From Mobula hypostoma (lineage: Eukaryota), in assembly GCF_963921235.1 (NCBI RefSeq), contig NC_086097.1:146136001-146200000 (forward strand): 64,000 nt of DNA. The letters run 5' to 3'. Each line of letters starts with the position of its first letter. Position 1 is the first letter of the stretch. The translations under genes were made by a program, and so were the position numbers. Below, in pieces: positions 48,923 through 60,684 of the stretch. The notes under the pieces are model-generated. The model searched no databases. It was not told the origin of the DNA and saw nothing but the letters and a program-made list of their open reading frames with translations.

Positions 48923-49625
48923 AGAATCAGAATCAGGTTTATTATCACCGGCAAGTGACGTGAAATTTGTTAACTTAGCAGCAGTTCAATGCAATGCATA
49001 ATCTAACAGAAAAAATAATAAATAAAATAAAACATAATAATAAGCAAGTAAATCAATTATGTATATTGAATAGATTTTTAAAAGTGCAGAAACAGAAATT
49101 CTGTATATTTAAAAAAAAAAGTGAGGTACTGTCCAACTCTTCAATGTCCATTTAGGAATCAGATGGCAGAGGGGAAGAAGCTGTTCCTGAATCGCTGCGT
49201 ATGTGCCTTTAGGCTTCTGTACCTCCTGCCTGATGGTAACAGTGAGAAAAGGGCATGCCCTGGATGCTGGAGGTCCTTAATAATGGACACTGGTTTTCTG
49301 AGACACTGCTCCCTAAAGATGTCCTGGGAACTTTGTAGGCTAGGACCCAAGATGGAGTTGATTAGATTTACAACCTTCTGCAGCTTCTTTTGGTCCTGTG
49401 CAGTAGCCCCTCCATACTAGACAGTGATGCAGCCTGTCAGAATGCTCTCCACGGTACAACTATAGAAGTTTTTGAGTGTATTTGTTGACATGCCAAATCT
49501 CTTCAAACTCCTAATAAAGTATAGCTGCTGTCTTGCCTTCTTTATAACTACATCGATATATTGGGACCAGGATAGATCCTCAGAGATCTTGACACCCAGG
49601 AACTTGAAGCTGTTTACTCTCTCCA
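48923..49625 (-). mobile_element. Rex1/Babar 3' part (same family as 768-1807)
   Basis: Near-colinear with 768-1440, with an (ATTCTG)n tail. Confidence 0.9.
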
Positions 49626-50024
49626 AGACAGCTAAATGATTAAATAACTCAAAACATTCAAAAAAAGCATTCACGATAATGTTTTAATTCAAAGATTCTT
49701 TTTTCAAACACATGAAACTGCAGTTAATTAATTAAAACTGCAAAAGTGCTTCAAAATATAGAAAAATAAACAAAAATAAACCTTGCTAGCCCCTCAGCTC
49801 AGAACTTATGGAAAGCCCCTAATCTTAGTGTTAGCTGAAGCAGCAGAGTTTAGATGCACCAGTTCCTAACTATGATCGTAGAAGTCTGAAACCTTTAGCA
49901 GATACACTGTATTACATCTGCTGGTTCACAATGGGCCCACCAGCAAGCCATTAACATGATTTAGCCCTTTGTTTAAAAGTCTGAAGTATCAAAACATGGG
50001 AACAGAGAAATAAAGACAGTAGTA

Positions 50025-50525
50025 TGTCACAGGGCTCTTCAAGCCCATCATGCTATTGAACGAGGTCATGTCTGATCACCTTGTTCACCACTATGTTCCT
50101 ATGCCATCATTGAATTATTTCATTCCCTTAATATCAATAAATGCACCTATTTCTGTTTTGAATAAACTCAATGACTAAGCCTTCAGAGACCACTAGGGCT
50201 GACAATTTCTTAAAAAAAAATTCACTGCCCTCTGAATAAAGAAGTATCTCATTCCTATTGACACTACCCCTTATTCTGAGACTGTGACCTTTGACTCTTG
50301 ACCCTTCATCCAAGGATATTATCCTATTCACGCCCAGCTTGTTGATCCCACTGAATATTTTGTATATTTCAATAAAGTCACATCTCAATCCTCTAACCAA
50401 CAAAGAATAGAGGCGTTGACTCTATTCAGTCTTTCTTCCTGTGCAGTTTACCATTCCAGGAACTTTACTTGTAATTTTTTTGTTGGTAGGAGACCAAGCT
50501 TTTATGCAATACTGCAAGTATTCTC
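50025..50525 (-). mobile_element. Old CR1 3' end
   Basis: Translates as LRCDFIEIYKIF...SRVKGHSLRIRG. Confidence 0.7.
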
Positions 50526-50569
50526 TCATTCCTCTACCAAACTGCCTCCACTGTACATAATCAACCTTT

Positions 50570-51065
50570 CACAATAGAGATTCAGGTGAAACCCTGAAAA
50601 ATATAGTCGATATTTATGTGGCTCTCGTACCCCCAAAGACACCTCTTGACAAAGGCAGACGTCAATGATAAAATTCACCACTGTCTTCAATGTCCTAGGA
50701 CAACGTTTGATCAATTGGAGAAAAAGATGCTTGAAGATCAAAATCTCAAACTGAGCTCAAAGCTCGTGGGCTACTGGTAAGCAATAATGCTTGCTGTCCA
50801 TGCATTTCTTTGGCATTGATTACCTAGTGCGGACACCTCAAGGCATCGAGAAGGTACTACAGAAGATGTCTCCACAGTGTCTTCCGAATACACTGAAGGG
50901 ATAAAAATCCTTTCCTGACCAACATCCTGAGCATTGAGGCTTTTATTATTCCTTTAGGTTCCACAATTCACGTGCCTGACATCAGACTTCCAAAACCAAG
51001 ACTCTGTTCCAAGCTCTGTCAGAGGAGGAGGTTACCAAGAGGATGGAGGAGATGAAGAGCTAAAG
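50570..51065 (+). mobile_element. Decayed RTE (BovB-like) LINE fragment
   Basis: Motifs ADVNDKIHHCLQC, QLEKKMLEDQNLKLSSKL, HVPDIRLPK and RRRLPRG resemble the RTE RT C-terminal region. Confidence 0.6.
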
Positions 51066-52199
51066 AAGGTGATGTTTGCTACCTTCTCCAATTTTATAGT
51101 CTATGTGATGAAGGTATTCCTAGGCATACAATAGTTTCTACCTGATGTTGCCCCTATTGGAAGTAACTTTGTATATATATGAGATTTGCGATTTTCATGA
51201 TCAATACAGCTGGGATAACATGTACAAAACATAGATCAGGCAACCCTCCACACTTGTCCGCAGCTTGCAGACTACCACACAGCAGAGACAGTAGCAGGTC
51301 CAAAGCCAGTTCCAGTTGCTTCATGATCTGTGTGAAGATGAGGTGAAGTGAAGTTTGCATCATCCCTCATGATAGAATGAGAGATTGGAGGGAGATCTCT
51401 TGTGCCTCCTGACAGGAAGTGTACAACTCCTTGCTGGAATCACTTGATGTTTGATCTTCTCTCTGGTTATGACTGATTGTAACTGAACTGTGCTTGGCTT
51501 GTTCTTAGAGATATCAAAGTAAAATGAACCTAAGAAGCCAAGAATCAGAAGAAAGATGGGCAGTGAGTAATTATTCTAGATGGTTTACACATTGGGATAG
51601 TCATTGCATTAATTGACATGGAATATTACTTGGCTACAGAAATAAAAACAGAATCTACCAGAGAAAAAAAACAGTGGGTCAGGCAACATCTACAGAATAT
51701 GAGAAAAAGTTAACACTTCATGTCTGAGACCCTTGAAGCTGTCTTTCTGCAAATATTTGATCATTTTTATTTTCTGCTTTTGTATTCTGGATCCTTATAT
51801 GTAATATATCTGAATAAGACTTAAGACGCGTGAAGACTTTGTTTACCTAAAGAGATGATCAAAAGTTATGTTTATCATTAACATATAATTTTAAATGTTA
51901 ATTTTCTAATTGTTTACTTCACTTCAAAAAGATTTTTACCTGTCAGAGATTCAATAATTAATTAAAAAAATTCTTTATCCTTGACAATTGTCAAAACTAT
52001 GGTTATGTCATATCTAGTTATCAAAGGTATTAGAGATAATTTGTGCGTAGGACTTCTATATTGTGATGTCACTTTCCTGATGTAATTCTGGGAACTATCT
52101 CCAAGCTAAAAAAGAAGCTAGCTAATGACTTATAGGACAAGAAAGCATCAACAATTGTTGATAATCCAATATATTTGGCCTGCTGGGATTGTGAAGGCT

Positions 52200-52650
52200 C
52201 AATATTCAGATAGCATTCCAACATTGATTGATATTGTACAGATGTGAGATATAACATCAGGAGTAGTTTCCTGATTACCGTTTCCCTGAATGTCAAAAAA
52301 GAAGGGGGGAAGATGGGTTGCAGTAATTTGAGTCTTTGCAACAGAAAATATAACCCCCCACCAACATCTCCATTCCTCTATTTCATTAATAGCTGCCTGC
52401 ATTTTCCTAACTATATAATTTACATTCCTGCCTCTCTTCCACACTGCACCATCATCAGTATTTAACAGTTTGGAAATGTCTGAGCCAACATTAAAGAAAA
52501 TATCATAAATCATAGTATTAAAAAGGAATGGGCAACACTCTCCCCTGTGGAGTCCCATTCTCTATCTTAACCTCAGAGAATGTTGTTCCCACCATAATCT
52601 GTATCTTCCCTTCATATGAAAAATATTGAAAGCTCAAAACGGTCCAATCA
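52200..52650 (-). mobile_element. I/Nimb-clade LINE RT fragment
   Basis: IENGTPQG followed by PFLFNTMIYDIFFNVGSDISKLLNTDDGAVWKRGRNVNYIVRKMQAAINEIEEW...FSVAKT. Confidence 0.65.
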
Positions 52651-52969
52651 AATAACATAATAACTGATAAAAGTCCCAGAATTCCAAGCTTAAAGCTATC
52701 CCAGTGCAGGATGAATGAAGGAAGACACAGGCATTTGCCCTAAGGAGCTGGAGGAAGCTGAGAACAAGCCATTTAGTATAACTGATCCTAAAAGTACTGT
52801 CAATAAGATAAGTCAGAATTCACTTCAGTAATTCTGATCATTTATTACAACACAGCTTGAAAGGCTCGACAGCTAATGTAGAAGTGGATGTTAATGGCTC
52901 CACCTAGTGATGGTTTAAATATTGCATTTGGCCCTTTATACACCACAGAATCCAATAATGAGGAAAGCG

Positions 52970-53270
52970 GGGCACCTCTGTAGCATCGCACCTCTGTAGC
53001 ATCGCATTTTAGCACAGCGCTATTAGAGCTTGGAGTTCAATTCTGGCACTGTTCTGTAGGGAGTATCTGTATGCCCTACCTATGGAATGTGTGTGCTTTT
53101 TTCTGGATCCTCGAGATTTTCCCCCACCGTCCAAAGAAACGGGTAGATTAATTGGTCATTGTAAATTTTCCCGTGAATAGAATGGTGATAATTGGGTTGG
53201 TCAGGCATTGCTGGGGCAGCATAGTTCAAAGAGCCAGGAGGCTGTATTGCTAAATAAAAAGTAAATAAAT
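52970..53270 (+). mobile_element. V-SINE-like element with a 16-bp tandem duplication in the head
   Basis: B-box ggagttcaattc, V-core remnants and an A-rich tail. gcacctctgtagcatc occurs twice (52972-53003). Confidence 0.6.
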
Positions 53271-53329
53271 TTCTAGTTTTAACAAATACATGCTTATTTT
53301 TGCAAACTAACTAACCTTCCAATACTTTA

Positions 53330-55645
53330 TAGCGATCTTGTCATGAGAGGCCCCTTGGGTAAGAGTGACCATAATATGGTGGAATTCTTCATTAACATGG
53401 AGAGTGACGTAGTTAATTCAGAAACAAAGGTTCTGAACTTAAAGAGGGGTAACTTTGAAGGTATGAGACGTGAATTAGCTAAGATAGACTGGCAAATGAC
53501 ACTTCAAGGATTGACGGTGGATATGCAATGGCAGGCATTTAAAGGTTGCATGGATGAACTACAACAATTGTTCATCCCAGTTTGGCAAAAGAATAAATCA
53601 AGGAAGGTAGTGCACCCGTGGCTGACAAGAGAAATTAGGGATAGTATCAATTCCAAAGAAGTAGCATACAAATTAGCCAGAGAAAGTGGCTCACCTGAGG
53701 ACTGGGAGAAATTCAGAGTTCAGCAGAGGAGGACAAAGGGCTTAATTAGGAAGGGGAAAAAATTATGAGAGAAAACTGGCAGAGAACATAAAAACGGACT
53801 GTAAAAGCTTTTATAGATATGTAAAAAGGAAAAGACTGATAAAGACAAATGTAGGTCCCCTGCAAACAGAAACAGGTGAATTGATTATGGGGAGCAAGGA
53901 CATGGCAGACCAATTGAATAATTACTTTGGTTCTGTCTTCACTAAGGAGGACATAAATAATCTTCCAGAAATAGTAAGGGACAGAGGGTCCAGTGAGATG
54001 GAGGAACTGAGCGAAATACATGTTAGTAGGGAAGTGGTGTTAGGTAAATTGAAGGATTGAAGGCAGATAAATCCCCAGGGCCAGATGGTCTGCATCCCAG
54101 AGTGCTTAAGGAAGTGGCCCAAGAAATAGTGGATGCATTAGTGATAATTTTTCAAAACTCGTTAGATTCTGGACTAGTTCCTGAGGATTGGAGGGTGGCT
54201 AATGTAACCCCACTTTTTAAAAAAGGAGGGAGAGAGAAACCGGGGAATTATAGGCCGGTTAGCCTAACGTCGGTGGTGGGGAAACTGCTGGAGTCAGTTA
54301 TCAAGGATGTGATAACAGCACATTTGGAAAGCGGTGAAATGATCGGACAAAGTCAGCATGGATTTGTGAAAGGAAAATCATGTCTGACGAATCTCATAGA
54401 ATTTTTTGAGGATGTAACTAGTAGAGTGGATAGGGGAGAACCAGTGGATGTGGTATATTTGGATTTTCAAAAGGCTTTTGACAAGGTCCCACACAGGAGA
54501 TTAGTGTGCAAACTTAAAGCACACGGTATTGGGGGTAAGGTATTGGTGTGGGTGGAGAATTGGTTAGCAGACAGGAAGCAAAGAGTGGGAATAAACGGGA
54601 CCTTTTCAGAATGGCAGGCGGTGACTAGTGGGGTACCGCAAGGCTCAGTGCTGGGACCCCAGTTGTTTACAATATATATTAATGACTTGGATGAGGGAAT
54701 TAAATGCAGCATCTCCAAGTTTGCGGATGACACAAAGCTGGGTGGCAGTGTTAGCAGTGAGGAGGATGCTAAGAGGATGCAGGGTGACTTGGATAGGTTG
54801 GGTGAGTGGGCAAACTCATGGCAGATGCAATTTAATGTGGATAAATGTGAAGTTATCCACTTTGGTGGCAAAAATAGGAAAACAGATTATTATCTGAATG
54901 GTGGCCGATTAGGAAAAGGGGAGGTGCAACGAGACCTGGGTGTCATTATACACCAGTCATTGAAAGTGGGCATGCAGGTACAGCAGGCGGTGAAAAAGGC
55001 GAACGGTATGCTGGCATTTATAGCGAGAGGATTCGAGTACAGGAGCAGGGAGGTACTACTGCAGTTGTACAAGGCCTTGGTGAGACCACACCTGGAGTAT
55101 TGTGTGCAGTTTTGGTCCCCTAATCTGAGGAAAGACATCTTTGCCATAGAGGGAGTACAAAGAAGGTTCACCAGATTGATTCCTGGGATGGCAGGTCTTT
55201 CATATGAAGAAAGACTGGATGAACTGGGCTTGTACTCGTTGGAATTTAGAAGATTGAGGGGGAATCTGATTGAAACGTATAAGATCCTAAAGGGATTGGA
55301 CAGGCTAGATGCGGGAAGATTGTTCCCGATGTTGGGGAGGTCTAGAACGAGGGGTCACAGTTTGAGGATAGAGGGGAAGCCTTTTAGGACCGAGGTTAGG
55401 AAAAACTTCTTCACACAGAGAGTGGTGAATCTGTGGAATTCTCTGCCACAGCAAACTGTTGAGGCCAGTTCATTGGCTGTGTTTAAAAGGAAGTTAGATA
55501 TGGCCCTTGTGGCTACAGGGGTCAGGGGGTATGGAGGGAAGGCTGGGTTCTGAGTTGGATGATCAGCCATGATCATAATAAATGGCGGTGCAGGCTCGAA
55601 GGGCCGAATGGCCTACTCCTGCACCTATTTTCTATGTTTCTATGT
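53330..55645 (+). mobile_element. Young CR1 LINE, 5'-truncated, near-intact ORF2 with two frameshifts
   Basis: ORF 53343..53768 (GKSDHN), an intermediate frame 53764-54054 (YERKLAENIK...LGKLK) and ORF 54057..55553. Tail (TTTCTATG)n. Confidence 0.97.
54057..55553 (+). CDS. CR1 reverse transcriptase domain (open part of ORF2, not a true start)
   Basis: Motifs KSPGPDG, NYRPVSLTS, QHGF, YLDFQKAFDKV, GVPQGSVLGP and KFADDTK. Confidence 0.92.
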   Translation: MKADKSPGPDGLHPRVLKEVAQEIVDALVIIFQNSLDSGLVPEDWRVANVTPLFKKGGREKPGNYRPVSLTSVVGKLLESVIKDVITAHLESGEMIGQSQHGFVKGKSCLTNLIEFFEDVTSRVDRGEPVDVVYLDFQKAFDKVPHRRLVCKLKAHGIGGKVLVWVENWLADRKQRVGINGTFSEWQAVTSGVPQGSVLGPQLFTIYINDLDEGIKCSISKFADDTKLGGSVSSEEDAKRMQGDLDRLGEWANSWQMQFNVDKCEVIHFGGKNRKTDYYLNGGRLGKGEVQRDLGVIIHQSLKVGMQVQQAVKKANGMLAFIARGFEYRSREVLLQLYKALVRPHLEYCVQFWSPNLRKDIFAIEGVQRRFTRLIPGMAGLSYEERLDELGLYSLEFRRLRGNLIETYKILKGLDRLDAGRLFPMLGRSRTRGHSLRIEGKPFRTEVRKNFFTQRVVNLWNSLPQQTVEASSLAVFKRKLDMALVATGVRGYGGKAGF

Positions 55646-55799
55646 TTATCGAAGTCATTTAAATTTGGTCAGATTGAAGCAACTCCTCATCTTAGGGCTT
55701 TCCTCTAACTCTGTATCCTACTGTAACCGTGATATTCATCAGACCATTGCCTCTGTGTCAAATGCATCGTCACAAGCCAACTGATTTTACTTTGAGCTG

Positions 55800-56772
55800 C
55801 AATGGATTTGCATGGGCTTCACTGTGATTGCTTCAGCTTGGATATAGAGAGAGGCTGAAGGGGTGATAGATAGGACAAATAGAGAGGTGGCTACACCCAA
55901 TGTGCAGGACACAGGAGACTGGGGTGACAGTCAGACAGAGGAAAGGGGTTAAGGAGCCAGTGCAGAGTATCCCTGTGGCCATCCACCTCAACAACAGGTA
56001 TACCACTTTGGATACTATTGCGGGGATTGGCCTAACAGAGCAAAGTCACAGTAGGCGGATCTCTAGCTCTGAGTCTGGCTCTATGACTCAGGAGGGAAGG
56101 GGGAAGAAAAGACACATTTTGGTGATAGGGGATTCGTTAGTTAGGAGAACAGTCAGGAGGTTCTGTGGGCAAGAATGAGATTCCCAGATGGTATGTTGCC
56201 TCCCAGCTGCCACGGCCCAGAACATCTCGGATTGAGACCTCAGCATTCTTACGTGTAAGAGTGAACAGCCAGAGGTCGTGCTCCATGTAGGTACCAATGA
56301 TGTGGGTAGGATGAGTGACAAATTCTGCATAGGGAGTTCAGGGAGTTAGGTGCTTATTTAATGGGCAATACCTCCAGGGTTGTCATCTCTGGATTGTTGC
56401 CTGTGCCACGTGCTAGTGAGGCTGGAACTAGGAAGACTATACAGTTTAATACATGGCTAAGGAGATGGTGCAGGAGGGAGTGCTTTGGCTCTCTTCCAGA
56501 GAAGGTGGGGCATGTACAGAAGGGACAGTTTGCACGTGAACTGGAGGGGAACTAATATCCTAGTGGGACCGTTTGCTGTACAGTGGGGTGGGTTTAAACT
56601 TGAGATGCAGGAGGATGGGAACCAGAATGCCAGAACATTTCGTGGAGAGGTTGTGGAAGCAGATGTTGGTAAGACCTCAGACAGTTGGGAATCAAAAGGT
56701 TGAGCATTGTGTGACTATGTCTTGAGCTGCATATATTTCAGTGCAGGAAGTATCATAGGTAAGGTGGATGAT
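55800..56772 (+). mobile_element. CR1 ORF1 (SGNH/GDSL esterase-like) remnant and start of ORF2
   Basis: Motifs VIGDSLVR, VVLHVGTND, VVISGLLPVPR and DSLHVNWRGTNIL, then LSCIYFSAGSIIGKVD. Confidence 0.85.
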
Positions 56773-57084
56773 AGTGTTGAAGATGAGGTTCCTGAGCTGC
56801 TGAAAAGTGTAGTCAGTAGCTCTGGATGAAGAGAAAGCATTCCATCTGGGCCCCCAAGTGAGTGAAAGGCATCCAGGGGGTGAGCCCGGGCCGCCGGGAT
56901 TCACTGCTGAATCTTCTGGAGGTGTCGAGGGCCTATCAGCGAAAAACAGAGGAAAGAGGGAGCCCACTTGATAACCCAGAAAATGCCACCACTCACTTGG
57001 CCACCCCACAGAATCTAGGCAGCATGTCTCAGGAGTGCAAATAAGGGATATTAACATCTAGTCCTACATAACATACCTGAAGTG

Positions 57085-58866
57085 ATATGTAGTGAGGAGA
57101 GGCTGTTGATAGGGCAACAGATGAGTTGCAATGTAAAAGGTGGTCAAAATTGAAAAGGGTGAATACAGGACTGAAATGTTATACTTCAGTGTGTGCAGTA
57201 TATGGAATAAGGTAGATGAGCTTGTAGTACAGTTACAAATTGGCATGTATGATGTTGTGGGCATCACTGACTCATGGCTGAAAGAAAATTATAGCTAGGA
57301 GCTTAATGTCCAAGGATACATATTGTATTAAAAAAACAGACAGGAAGGCAGAGGGGTTGACATTGCTCTGTTGGTAAAAAATAAAATCCTTAGAAAGATG
57401 TGGCATAGGGTCGGAAGGTGTTGAATCATTGTGGATACAGCTAAGGAACTGCAAGGATAAAAAGCTCTGATGGGAGTTGTATTTAGAACCCAAACAGTAG
57501 TAAGGATGTAGTCTAGAAATTACAGTAGAAATAGAAAATACATGCCAAAAGGGCAATGTTACAGTAGTCATGAGGGATTTCAAAATGCAGATAGATTGGG
57601 AAACTTAGGTTGGTGCTGAATTCTAAGAGGGTGAGTTCCTAGAATGCCTATGAGATGGCTTTTTAAGAACAGGTTGTGGTTAAGCCCACTAGGGGATCAG
57701 CTATTCTGGATTGGGTGTTGTACAATGAACCAGAATTGATTAAAGAATTTAAGGTAAAAGAACCCTTAGGGCCAAACAATCATTATATGATCGAATTCAT
57801 CCTGAAATTTGAGAAAGAGAAGCCTAAGTCAGATGTATCAGTACTATAGTGGAGTAAAGAGAATTACAGAGGTATGAGAGAAGAGTTGGCCAGAATTGAT
57901 TGGAAAAGAACACTGGCAGGGATGATGGCAGAGCAGCAATGGCTGGAACTTCTGGAAGTAATTCGGAAGGCACAGGATATATACATCCCAAAGAAGAAGT
58001 ATTCTAAAGACAAGATGACACAACCATGACTAACAAGAGAAGTCAAAGCCAACATAAAAGCCAAAGAGAAGGCATATAATAGAGCAAATATTAGTGGAAA
58101 GTTAGAGGACTGGGAAGCTTTTAAAAACCAACAGAAGGCAAGTAGAAAAGTCTTTAAGAAGGCAAAGATTGAATACAAAAGTAAGTTAGCCAATAATATT
58201 AAAGAAGATACCAAAAGTTTCTTCAGATACATAAAGTGTAAAGGAGAGGCAAGAGTGAATATCAGACCGCTGGAAAATGATACTGGAGAGGTAGTAAAGG
58301 ACAACACAAAATGGCGGACAAACTGAATAAATATTTTCCATGAGTCTTCACAGTGGAAGACACTGGCAGTCTGGTGGAAGTTCCGGGTGTCTGGGGTTAT
58401 GAACTGTGTGAAGTTACCATAACTAGAAAGAAGGTTTTTGAGAAATTAAAAGGTCTGAAGGTAGATACGTCACCTGGACCAGATGGTGTATTCCTCAGGG
58501 TTCTGAAAGAGGTGGCTGAAGAGATTGTGGAGGCATTAGTAATGATCTTACAAGAATCACTAGATTCAGGAATGGTTCCAGAAAACTGGAAAATTGCAAA
58601 TGTCACTCCATTCTTCAAGAAGGGAGAGAGGCAGAAGAAAGGAAAATATAGACCAGTTAGTCTGACCTCAGTGGCTGGGCAGCTGTGGAGGCCGAGTCTT
58701 GTGTATATTTAAGGCAGAGGATGATAGATTCTTGATTGGTCAGGACATGAAGGGTTAAGGGGAGAAGGCAGGAGATTGGGGCTGAGAGGAAAATTGGACC
58801 AGCCATGATGAAATAGTGGACCAGACTTGATGGACCAAACAGCCGAATTCTACTCCTATATCTTAG
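57085..58866 (+). mobile_element. Decayed CR1 ORF2 (endonuclease to RT start) with a large internal deletion at about 58680 joined to the 3' end
   Basis: Motifs YDVVGITDSW, ILDWVL, SPGPDG and KYRPVSLTSVAG, then directly AVEAES.. and the 3'UTR. Confidence 0.85.
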
Positions 58867-59759
58867 ATTTCAAGGAAATCTCCGGAAATCTGGTGGCATC
58901 TGTCTACATAACTCTTTGTAACTGAATACTATCTCTACATTTAGGCTGAAGCCTTAGCCTGATATTTCTGTTTGTTTTTCTGACTACACTCCATGGCTGT
59001 GCCTCATGAAATCCAGTGACGGGTCCTCGACCATTGACAGTGGGGAATCCACTTGAGAATCCTGTGTCAGGATGCATTACTGGATGCTTGGCTAGAACCC
59101 TGTTCCCGCAACCCTGCTCCCATTAATTTCAATTAAAGGGACCAACTGCAATCAACTAAATTGTGGATAATCTATTTTTTAAATTGCTTGATCAAATGTA
59201 TTTGCTTTTTAATACACTTAAGTGTGATAGTTTTTGTCAGCATAATGTTGTATTTTAACAGTTTGAATATGTTTTATTAGCCTTTACATATACGATAATT
59301 GGCTTTCTAAACGAACCACAACATCAGCTGGTTTCCCGATTGAATCGGTCTCTCTGGAAATTTGACTATGCACTAACATTGCGGATCAAGCTTGCGCACA
59401 TGAGCTGGGTTCTTTATCGGATGTGCATGTAACAGTGCTATTCCTAGTGTCATGCACCAGAAATAGAGCATCGTCAGGATATAATTAGGGCATATTCCAG
59501 AATGCAAGTATCACTGGGCACTCATAAACATGATTTCATAGCACTGTGCTCATCAAGGGTGCATTTTAAAGCAGCCATCTATGAGCAGATCCCAGTTTGG
59601 TGTTGAAAGGCCAAATCCAGAAATTGACCTATTACTTTCCTGACACTCGCCAAGGTACTGATTCCCCAATCCCGTAACTCCATTCACCTTCCCACTCCAC
59701 AGATGTAGCATTGAGAACCTTGCCCTGCCTCTTCCAGCCACTGATTCACTGATAAGGAC

Positions 59760-60110
59760 CCATTCACCCACCCCTCTTGACCTCCAGTCACATACCTATG
59801 ACCTACTGAAGTCTAATTCATGGATCTAACCCTACCCCACAACCCACTGATCTGCAATCCTGACCAGTGACCCTATCTCACCAATATTAGCCACACACCC
59901 CCAACCCCACAGCCTTGACCAGCTATCACATGATCCTGACTCGCTCTCTCAAACCCTGTCCTGACTCATTGAAGGCCATCACCAACCCTGACTAGTGTTC
60001 AGAAGACCCCAACTCTAACCTTCCACATCAACTATCCTGACTGATAGTCACAGGACCCTGACTCATCTATAATACACATCACCCTCAACACCGAGGAACA
60101 ACAACAAGAC
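59760..60110. repeat. C/A-rich low-complexity tract with recurring (c)ctgac motifs
   Basis: Strong G depletion on the plus strand, with repeated cctgac/ccctgact. Confidence 0.4.
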
Positions 60111-60368
60111 TCTAAATTGATGTTACTCATTAACAACAAATCACTTTCTCACCAGTTCACAACTATCCCCCTAACTCTGGATTTCCTTAATGTCCAGGAC
60201 ACATTGACTGAGACTCCACAGACAAAGAGAATTTTCAATATTCATTTCTCCATGAGTGAAGAAACTGCTCGTTTCAGCCCTAAATTATTCTCAAACTATG
60301 TCCCCTAGTTCTTAGCTCCTGAGCCAGAGGAAACATTTTGGTCATTTAAACAATCTGGCCCTTTAAGA

Positions 60369-60545
60369 AAACACAAGAGAGACTTTAGGCACTGGAAATC
60401 TGCAGTAACACACACACACAAAACACTGGAGGAATTTAGCAAGTCAAGAATCCTGATAAAGGGTCTTCACCTGAAACATCAACTGTTCATTTCCCTCCAT
60501 GGATGCTGCTTGATCTGCTGAGTTCATCTAATATTTTATGTGTGC
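60369..60545. mobile_element. Degenerate inverted Penelope pLTR pair
   Basis: Minus arm 60369-60448. The plus arm starts aatcctgataaagggtcttcacctgaaacatc. Confidence 0.7.
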
Positions 60546-60684
60546 GACCTTTTACAAATTTAAGCTGTGATGGGACCACTTCCTGTGGTCTTCATTGATT
60601 TGTATACAAACATACTTAAGTCCTTTGCAGAGGCCATTGCACCGATACTTTTACCATTTAACAAATACTCTGCATTTTTACATG

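Noticed and set aside
51154..51510. Coding-looking minus-strand stretch
   Set aside because: No continuous frame between plausible splice sites and no recognisable homology.
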